Assembly: GCA_017505015.1 (NCBI GenBank)
Contig: JAFVQA010000165.1
Location: 1 to 32,110, forward strand
Direction: 5' to 3'
Source of the DNA: Clostridia bacterium
Lineage (GTDB): Bacteria > Bacillota > Clostridia > Christensenellales > CAG-314
Length of the DNA: 32,110 bases
Shown: in pieces, positions 25,554 to 32,110 of the stretch
Position numbering within the stretch: position 1 is the stretch's first letter
Layout of the letters: every line of letters begins with the position of its first letter
Program-made: the position numbers and the translations under genes
The notes under the pieces: model-generated
The model's input: the letters and a program-made list of their open reading frames with translations, nothing else
What the model was told of the DNA's origin: nothing
Databases searched by the model: none

Positions 25554-27245
25554 ATGGACATAAAAAAGATTTTGAGTGAACAAATAAACATAGAAGGTGT
25601 AAGTCAAGAAGAAATTTACAACCTCATAACAGGCACAGCAAACGCAAGTCTTGGCGATTTTTCGTTGCCATGCTTTAGGTTTGCAAAAGCATTGCGCAAA
25701 TCACCTGTGCAAATTGCAAACGAACTTAAAGATGCGTTTGGTGGTTGCTCAGTTGTGTCAGAAGTGCAGGCTGTAAACGGATATCTCAACTTTTTTGTAG
25801 ACAACAAGGTTATGTCTGCAACAGTGCTTGACGAAGCAAGGGCAGAAAATTTTGGCAAAAGCGACCTTGGCAACGGCAAAACAATCTGCATTGACTATTC
25901 GTCTATCAACATTGCAAAACCTTTTCACATTGGCCACCTTGGCACAACTGCAATTGGTGGCAGTTTGTATAAACTTTACAAAAACCTTGGCTACAACGTG
26001 GTTGGCATAAACCACCTTGGCGACTGGGGCACACAGTTTGGCAAACTTATCGTTGCATATGACCTTTGGGGCGACAAAGAAAAGATAGAACAAGGTGGCG
26101 TAGAAGCCTTGCAGGAAATTTACGTTAAATTTCACCAGGAAGAAGTTGACCACCCAGAACTTACAGACCAGGCACGTGCATGGTTTGCAAAAATCGAACA
26201 GGGCGACCAACGTGCTTTGGAAATGTTCCACTGGTTTAAAGACATCACCCTTAAAGAAGTTAACAAAATTTACAAACGCCTTAACGTAACTTTCGACAGT
26301 TACAACGGCGAAAGTTTTTATAACGACAAAATGCAACCTGTTTTGGACGAACTCGAAGCAAAAGGTCTTGTAAAAGAGTCAGACGGTGCAAAAATCGTTG
26401 ACCTTGACGAATTTGGCATGGCACCTTGCCTTTTGGTAAAAGCAGACGGTGCAACACTTTATGCAACACGTGACCTTGCAGCGGCATTCTATCGCAAAAA
26501 TACCTATGATTTTTACAAATCACTTTACGTAGTTGCTTATCAGCAAAATTTGCACTTTAAACAATTTTTCAAAGTATTGGAACTCATGGGTCACGAATGG
26601 GCAAAAGACTGCGTTCACGTTGCATATGGCATGGTTTCTTTGGCAGAAGGCAGCATGTCTACACGCAAAGGCAACGTTGTTTGGCTTTCAAAGGTGCTTG
26701 ATGCAGCTGTTGCAAAAGCAAAATCTATCATTGAAGAAAAAAACCCAGACCTCGAAAACAAAGACGAAGTTGCAGAAAAAATTGGTGTTGGTGCAGTTAT
26801 GTTTTCTGCTTTGCAAAACGGCAGAATAAAAGACATCACCTTCTCTCTCGACAAAGTGCTCAACTTTGAAGGTGAAACCTGCCCATATTTGCAATATACT
26901 TATGCACGCACAAACAGCGTTTTGACAAAAGCAGGCAACGCAATAAACTCAAAAGCAGTGCCTGACTATGCTTCACTTGACAATGCCGAAAGCAAAGAAC
27001 TCATTAAACTCATCAACAGATATCCAGACATCATCAAAGATGCTGCCGAAAAATACGAACCATCTATTTTGTCAAAATATCTCATTGACCTTGCACAGGC
27101 ATATAACAAATTCTATTTTGAACACCGCATCTTGAACGAAGAAACAAGCATTCAACTCCCACGTTTGTATGCAACCGATGCAACAAACAAAATCATTAAA
27201 AACGGCTTGTCTTTGCTTGGCATTGACGTTCCAGCCAAAATGTAA
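25554..27245 (+). CDS. argS: Arginyl-tRNA synthetase
   Basis: SSINIAKPFHIGH, NHLGDWGTQFG, MSTRKG and YLQYTYAR motifs. Confidence 0.98.
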   Translation: MDIKKILSEQINIEGVSQEEIYNLITGTANASLGDFSLPCFRFAKALRKSPVQIANELKDAFGGCSVVSEVQAVNGYLNFFVDNKVMSATVLDEARAENFGKSDLGNGKTICIDYSSINIAKPFHIGHLGTTAIGGSLYKLYKNLGYNVVGINHLGDWGTQFGKLIVAYDLWGDKEKIEQGGVEALQEIYVKFHQEEVDHPELTDQARAWFAKIEQGDQRALEMFHWFKDITLKEVNKIYKRLNVTFDSYNGESFYNDKMQPVLDELEAKGLVKESDGAKIVDLDEFGMAPCLLVKADGATLYATRDLAAAFYRKNTYDFYKSLYVVAYQQNLHFKQFFKVLELMGHEWAKDCVHVAYGMVSLAEGSMSTRKGNVVWLSKVLDAAVAKAKSIIEEKNPDLENKDEVAEKIGVGAVMFSALQNGRIKDITFSLDKVLNFEGETCPYLQYTYARTNSVLTKAGNAINSKAVPDYASLDNAESKELIKLINRYPDIIKDAAEKYEPSILSKYLIDLAQAYNKFYFEHRILNEETSIQLPRLYATDATNKIIKNGLSLLGIDVPAKM

Positions 27246-27322
27246 GCGAACTTCAAAAGTTCGCACGAACGAGTTGGCTCGGTAAAAGTAAAGTTATAAT
27301 AAAAAGTTTTTATCGTGCTGAC
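27246..27322 (+). repeat. Stop-adjacent two-hairpin element, copy B
   Basis: GCGAACTT-caa-AAGTTCGC..GTTGGCTCGGTAAAAG..TTTTTATCGTGCTGAC. Confidence 0.72.
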
Positions 27323-27348
27323 AAATTGCAAAACTAAATTTATAAAAT

Positions 27349-27378
27349 AAAAGACGGATTGAAAAATCCGTCTTTTTT
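27349..27378 (+). terminator. Intrinsic terminator
   Basis: AAAGACGGATT-gaaa-AATCCGTCTTTTTT. Confidence 0.88.
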
Positions 27379-27460
27379 AGTTAATTTTATTTTAAAGGCT
27401 TTTATGGTTATACTTTTTGCAAAAACACAAACACGTGTGTGTTTTCAAAACAAAAAAAAT

Positions 27461-27533
27461 AAGCACCATAAAAGCTTTGTTCTTTCACGGTGCTTAATAG
27501 TTAGTCTGCTTTTGCACACTTTGTAAGTGTGTG
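27461..27533 (-). repeat. Stop-adjacent two-hairpin element, copy D (second stem resembles a terminator)
   Basis: Minus strand CACACTT-aca-AAGTGTG..AGCAGACT..AAGCACCGTGAAAG..CTTTTATGGTGCTT plus T tract. Confidence 0.68.
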
Positions 27534-27977
27534 TTATGCGTTTTTGATTGCATTTGTTACTGCGTTGTGTTCGAGTGGGTTGATTGAGAAAACAAGGCAG
27601 TTGCCTTTTGCAAGACCAGCATCTTCCAATGATTTGTGGAATTCTTCTGCAGAACCTTCATCTTGAATGTCTTTAATAAGACCACGGAAAGCTTCGCTGT
27701 CAGTATAGAATTCTTTCATGTCTTCTGTTGCTTCAAATTCCAAAACGATTACTACGTTTGTGTTCAAACCGTCTACCTTTTTAAAGCAAGCTGCTTCTAC
27801 TGGAACGTCTGTTTCGCTTGTATATGAATCTGCGGCAGAAGTTGATTCGATTTTTTCATAACCAATGCCTTCCAATGCTTTTTCTACTTTGCCAAAAGAA
27901 GAACCACATGCTGTCAAAACAAAAGTCATTGCAAGCACAGCAACCAAAAGAGCTGTAAGTTTAAAAAACTTTTTCAT
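27534..27977 (-). CDS. Lipoprotein of unknown function
   Basis: MKKFF..lipobox LTAC; GGAGG RBS before the ATG at 27977. Confidence 0.82.
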   Translation of the reverse strand: MKKFFKLTALLVAVLAMTFVLTACGSSFGKVEKALEGIGYEKIESTSAADSYTSETDVPVEAACFKKVDGLNTNVVIVLEFEATEDMKEFYTDSEAFRGLIKDIQDEGSAEEFHKSLEDAGLAKGNCLVFSINPLEHNAVTNAIKNA

Positions 27978-28240
27978 TACTTTTACCTCCATATAAATTT
28001 TTGTATATCAAGTATATCATTTTATATATGCATTTTGTCAATAACAAAACCCAAAATAAAAAACAACAGTTTTGGCGATTTGTATGCAAAATATACTTTT
28101 TTAATTTTTTGTATAACTATCTTTTTGTTGCTAAAAATAGTTTTTGTGTTTTTATACAAAACAGCCCCTTTTTGCATAATATGTTTTTGAGCACAGTTTT
28201 GCATTTTGCAAAAAAACACACTGTGTGTTAATATATCACT

Positions 28241-28849
28241 ATGAAATACGGCATATCACAACGTCAGCTTGACAAAATGACTTTTTGTTTTGAGGGCAAA
28301 ACTTTTTATGGTGTGTTGCAACACTGGTATCCACTTTTTTGGCAAAGGTTGTCAGGCTGTGGACCATGTTGTGCAACAAACATGCTTGCCTGCATTGACG
28401 ATAACACAAAACTTGTCACAAAGCAAGATTGTCTTGAAACAATGCAAAAGGTGTGGAAGTTTGTAACACCAGGCATAAGGGGACTCAACAAGGTAGAAAA
28501 ATTTGCAAAAGGCAGCAACGGCTTTTTTGCAAAATACAACCTGCCTTATACCTGCCAGTGGATCAAATGTCAGCCACAAAACAAAAGCGATTTTGACAAT
28601 ATGATATCTTTTTTAAAAAATTCGTTTGCAAATGATCAACCCGTTGCCTTTTTGAATTTGTGCAACGGCGAAATAAACGAGCTTGAAAGGTGGCACTGGG
28701 TAACAATTGTGTCGATAGACGAAAAAGACGGCGAATATATTGCCAAAATTTTTGACAGCGACCTTGTTTTTGAAATGAGCCTTGACAAATGGCACCGCAC
28801 AGCCACCGACGTTGCAAGTTTTGCTTGTTATAATCACTTAAATCACTAA
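28241..28849 (+). CDS. Hypothetical protein, peptidase C39-like (papain fold)
   Basis: SGCGP...HWVTI...IFD suggests a Cys-His-Asp triad; no signal peptide. Confidence 0.62.
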   Translation: MKYGISQRQLDKMTFCFEGKTFYGVLQHWYPLFWQRLSGCGPCCATNMLACIDDNTKLVTKQDCLETMQKVWKFVTPGIRGLNKVEKFAKGSNGFFAKYNLPYTCQWIKCQPQNKSDFDNMISFLKNSFANDQPVAFLNLCNGEINELERWHWVTIVSIDEKDGEYIAKIFDSDLVFEMSLDKWHRTATDVASFACYNHLNH

Positions 28850-28868
28850 TAAACATTGTTGACAAAAC

Positions 28869-28901
28869 AAAAAAGACACGAGAAAACCTCGTGTCTTTTT
28901 T
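28869..28901. terminator. Bidirectional terminator
   Basis: A6-GACACGAG-aaaac-CTCGTGTC-T6. Confidence 0.88.
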
Positions 28902-28926
28902 ATCTTGTTTAAAACAATAATCCTTG

Positions 28927-29391
28927 TTATTTAGAACGTGTAAAAGTCATTTTAACAACTGTTTTTGTCATTTTGTCAGGGCTTTCTTCTGTTTGTTGAA
29001 AAACAAGTTTGCCTGTGTTGTTGTTTTCGAGCTCAAGTGTTTCGTCGCCAAAATTTATTGTGATGTTGCCGTCTTTTTCGCTCCAAGTTATATCTTTGTC
29101 AAGATTGTTTTCTACAGGAACAAAACCTGTGTCTTCTGGCAAAGAAAAAACAACGTGACCTTTGCCGTCTTCTTTAACTTCAACAACAAACTTTGCACCG
29201 GCATTTACAAGGTCAACCTTTGTTTCCATAACCACTTTTTCTTGACTTTCGTCTGCATAAACGTATGCCTCAATTGTCATTTCTGTTGCTGTCCATTTGC
29301 CTTCGAGAATAACAATTTTGCAACCGGCAAATGCAAAAGTTATTGCAAGCACCAACGTGAGTGCCAAAATTGACTTAACAAATTTTTTCAT
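28927..29391 (-). CDS. Lipoprotein, lipocalin-like beta-barrel
   Basis: Lipobox FAGC followed by LEGKW; beta-rich; FTR C-terminus. Confidence 0.75.
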   Translation of the reverse strand: MKKFVKSILALTLVLAITFAFAGCKIVILEGKWTATEMTIEAYVYADESQEKVVMETKVDLVNAGAKFVVEVKEDGKGHVVFSLPEDTGFVPVENNLDKDITWSEKDGNITINFGDETLELENNNTGKLVFQQTEESPDKMTKTVVKMTFTRSK

Positions 29392-29579
29392 AAACCAAAA
29401 CCTCGTTTTGTTTTTTTATTTACTTTTTTATTATATCAGTTATAAGACAAAAGTCAATAGTCACTTTTATATAACAAAAACCAAAACCCCTATTGTATTG
29501 TTGCTTTTTTTGATATATAATATATATGTAAATATTTTGTGTTTTACATAAACACATTGCTATTATGGAGGTATTTATT

Positions 29580-29954
29580 ATGAAATTTTACGTATGTAAA
29601 CATTGTGGAAACATCATCACTTATCTCAACAATGCAGGCGTGCCTGTTGTTTGCTGTGGCGAAAAAATGAGCGAACTTGTTCCTGGCACTACAGATGCAG
29701 CCGTTGAAAAACACGTGCCTGCAGTAAGCGTTGACGGCAACGTTGTTACTGTTAAAGTTGGCGAAGTTGAACACCCAATGATTGACGTTCACTATATTCA
29801 ATGGATTGTTTTGCAAACTAACCAGGGCAACCTCATCAAAAACTTGCAACCAAACCAACCACCTGTTGCAACTTTTGTTTTGGCAGACGGCGAACAAGCC
29901 ATTGCAGCATATGAATATTGCAACCTTCACGGTTTGTGGAAGAAAGATATCTGA
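29580..29954 (+). CDS. dfx: Desulfoferrodoxin (2Fe superoxide reductase)
   Basis: CKHC..CC centre I; EKHVP, HPM..HYI and CNLH centre II; GGAGG RBS before the ATG at 29580. Confidence 0.95.
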   Translation: MKFYVCKHCGNIITYLNNAGVPVVCCGEKMSELVPGTTDAAVEKHVPAVSVDGNVVTVKVGEVEHPMIDVHYIQWIVLQTNQGNLIKNLQPNQPPVATFVLADGEQAIAAYEYCNLHGLWKKDI

Positions 29955-29962
29955 TTGCTTGT

Positions 29963-30027
29963 CACGAGTAAAGACTGTGTAAACAAAGCATAAAAAGAGC
30001 CTTTGTGTTAATTGCACTACTTCGAGT
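29963..30027 (+). repeat. Diverged solo copy of the 68-bp repeat unit
   Basis: Starts with CACGAGTAAA and ends with TTCGAGT, as R1/R2 do; similar length; internal hairpin. Confidence 0.72.
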
Positions 30028-30030
30028 CAA

Positions 30031-30089
30031 AAGCAATTGCAGCTTATGAATATTGCAACTTGCACGGTTTGTGGAAGAAAGAAATCTAA
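30031..30089 (+). pseudogene. Duplicated 3' end of dfx
   Basis: 59 bp matching 29896-29954 with 6 substitutions; AIAAYEYCNLHGLWKKEI* versus ...KKDI*. Confidence 0.92.
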
Positions 30090-30109
30090 CACCATTTGAC
30101 AACTAAAAC

Positions 30110-30138
30110 AAAAAGACGGGTTTTTTCCCGTCTTTTTT
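30110..30138. terminator. Bidirectional terminator
   Basis: A5-GACGGG-tttttt-CCCGTC-T6. Confidence 0.88.
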
Positions 30139-30170
30139 ATTTTTTATGATGCAATGCTTTTTTATGAATT

Positions 30171-30254
30171 GCAAGAGCCTAGCACCATAAAAGTTTTATA
30201 AAACAACTTTACTGTATACAAAGTCTGCTGTTGGGCACTTTATAAGTGCCTGTG
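30171..30254 (-). repeat. Stop-adjacent two-hairpin element, copy C
   Basis: Minus strand GGCACTT-ata-AAGTGCC..AGCAGACT..AAAGTT..AACTTTTATGGTGCT. Confidence 0.72.
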
Positions 30255-31817
30255 TCAAAACATTGGGGCAAAAATTCGTGCAATTGCAACGACCATTCTT
30301 TTTAACAAACCCATTTTATAATCTGCTTTTGTTTTTTGCTGACTTTGTTCAAGCACGTTTTGAATGTCTGCTTTAACGTCTTTTATGCAATCGCAATCAT
30401 AAAGCCAAACGCCGTTTTCAAAATGGTGCACCAAACTGCGATAGTCAAGGTTTATTGTACCGATCATGGCAACCTTGTCATCGACGAGATATGTTTTTGC
30501 GTGAATAAAGCCAGGGGTATATTCAAAAATTTTAACGCCACACTCCATAAGTCGCAAGGCATAACTTTTTGAAAGTTCAAACACAAGTTTTTTATCTGGC
30601 ACGTGTGGAATAACAATGTTTACGTCAACGCCACGCAATGCAGCATTTTCTAAACACTGGCACAAGTCGTTGTCGATAATGAGATATGGCGTTGTGATAT
30701 ATACCGATTTTGTAGCACCTGCCACCATGCTTTGAATAACGTTTTTGCCAACACGATATTTATACACAGGATATGGTCCGTCACCAAAAGGAATAACGTA
30801 GCCTTGTTGCGAAGCATTGTCTGTAATATACCACTGCTGACTGTCAAGACAAAGTTTTTTTGCATTTATGCCCCAGTCTTGCAAAAACAAGTTTGTAAGT
30901 CCGTTTACACTCTCGCCCTCAAGCCTTATTCCAACGTCTTTCCAATGGCCAAACCTTTGTTTTTGGTTTATATATTCGTCTGCAACGTTTACACCACCTG
31001 TATAGCCTACTTTGCCGTCTATAACCAGAATTTTGCGGTGGCTACGGTTGTTGAATTCGCCGTCTACGTTGCCCCTTAGTTTAGAAAACAAAGTTGCCTG
31101 TATGCCAAAAGATTCGAGAGTTTTTACGTAGTCGCCAGGCAAAGTTGACATGCAACCAATATCGTCATAAATAACTTTTATTTCAACGCCATCGCTGGCT
31201 TTTTGTCTGAGCAAATGCAAAATAGAATCCCAAAAAATGCCCTGTTCTACAATAAAATACTCAAGCAACACAAATTTTTGTGCTTTTGCAATATCTTCGA
31301 GCATGGCTTTGTGCATATCTTCGCCAAGTGCAAAATAGGTTGACTTTTTGTTTTTATAAACAACCGAGTCTGACAATCTGCACACAAGTTTTGCCTGGTT
31401 GTGAGCAACCGGGTCTTGCTCGGCAAGTTGATCAAAAACAGCATTGTCTTGCTTTATTGCAAAATCTGTTTTTATTTTTTGCATACGTTTTACAAATTTT
31501 TTGCTGAGTTTGCGCTGATAAAAAACAAAATAAAGCATAAAACCAACTATTGGCAAAACGATTGTAACAAGCAACCATGGTGACTTATATTCGGGGTTAT
31601 CATTTGAAGACACGATTTTTATAACACAGGCAATCTCTGTTATCCACAACGCAACATAAAAATATGGCACGTATATCGTGAGGGCAACCACAATGCCAAC
31701 CATTGCAACAAGTTCAAACACAGTAACAACCATTGCAATGATATATCTCACCGGGATATAATTTATTTCTCTTTCGACAACTTCTCTTCCTGTGTTGATG
31801 GTATATTTTCTTTTCAT
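30255..31817 (-). CDS. cls: Cardiolipin synthase
   Basis: Two HKD motifs (HRKILVID, HAKTYLVD) and N-terminal TM helices. ATG at 31817 follows GGAG; an alternative start is 31829. Confidence 0.95.
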   Translation of the reverse strand: MKRKYTINTGREVVEREINYIPVRYIIAMVVTVFELVAMVGIVVALTIYVPYFYVALWITEIACVIKIVSSNDNPEYKSPWLLVTIVLPIVGFMLYFVFYQRKLSKKFVKRMQKIKTDFAIKQDNAVFDQLAEQDPVAHNQAKLVCRLSDSVVYKNKKSTYFALGEDMHKAMLEDIAKAQKFVLLEYFIVEQGIFWDSILHLLRQKASDGVEIKVIYDDIGCMSTLPGDYVKTLESFGIQATLFSKLRGNVDGEFNNRSHRKILVIDGKVGYTGGVNVADEYINQKQRFGHWKDVGIRLEGESVNGLTNLFLQDWGINAKKLCLDSQQWYITDNASQQGYVIPFGDGPYPVYKYRVGKNVIQSMVAGATKSVYITTPYLIIDNDLCQCLENAALRGVDVNIVIPHVPDKKLVFELSKSYALRLMECGVKIFEYTPGFIHAKTYLVDDKVAMIGTINLDYRSLVHHFENGVWLYDCDCIKDVKADIQNVLEQSQQKTKADYKMGLLKRMVVAIARIFAPMF

Positions 31818-31919
31818 AAGTTTCTCCACAAACGCCCAAACGCCAGAGCAAAAAATTGCCCTGACGCATAAGGTGTGTATGTAACTGCTACCAAGAGGTA
31901 TGATAGAGTTTTTCGTGTG

Positions 31920-32110
31920 TTATTGTTCTTGTGTTTTTTTAGCTTCTTTTTCTGCTTGTTTTGCAAGTTTTTTTGCTTGTTTTTCTGCAATGATTTGTTC
32001 TCTTTCTGCTTTTGCAGCGGCAGTGCGTGCTTCTGCATCGGCTTTGCGCATGTTTGCATAGGCAATTTCATCACATTGTTGTTCACGCATTTTTGCTGTG
32101 CGTTGTGCAG
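31920..32110 (-). CDS. C-terminus of an unknown Ala/Lys/Glu-rich coiled-coil protein (partial)
   Basis: Open frame from the window edge: AQRTAKMREQQCDEIAYANMRKADAEAR...EAKKTQEQ*, with host-like codons. Confidence 0.7.
   Translation of the reverse strand, partial: AQRTAKMREQQCDEIAYANMRKADAEARTAAAKAEREQIIAEKQAKKLAKQAEKEAKKTQEQ

Noticed and set aside
29952-30089. UGA readthrough or selenocysteine extension of dfx into the in-frame duplicate
   Set aside because: The duplicate is in frame (135 bp offset), but an in-frame TAA at 29991-29993 intervenes.
360-32086. Numerous antisense or overlapping ORFs in the track (e.g. 360-896, 3776-4381, 8117-8824, 24252-25205, 31814-32086)
   Set aside because: Shadows of well-supported genes; Phe/Cys/Lys-rich composition, no RBS or recognisable motifs.

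Overview
AT-rich chromosomal window, probably from a spore-forming gut Clostridia-like bacterium (inferred from spmAB, codon use and gene content). Most of it is housekeeping and envelope genes: metG (partial), spmA/spmB, ychF, uppP, a GT4 glycosyltransferase with a flippase-like partner, an O-antigen ligase-like protein, gltX, radC, a PepV-like dipeptidase, argS, desulfoferrodoxin and cls. It also holds a cobalamin-riboswitch-controlled lipoprotein plus ECF S-component pair, a 12alpha-HSDH-like SDR and several accessory surface proteins. I found no integrase, transposase, RT, cas, tRNA or rRNA gene. The most unusual signal is non-coding. Two unlinked genes (ychF, dfx) each have a synonymously diverged duplicate of their 3' end, separated by a short hairpin insert. 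The two inserts share the junction TCGNGTCAAA, and each begins with sequence complementary to that junction. The dfx insert is related to a 68-bp tandem repeat array upstream of radC. A second structured element family sits directly after four stop codons, and a two-gene beta-helix cassette is bracketed by an identical 32-bp terminator. All alignments and counts were done by eye; family names come from motif recognition, not database searches.
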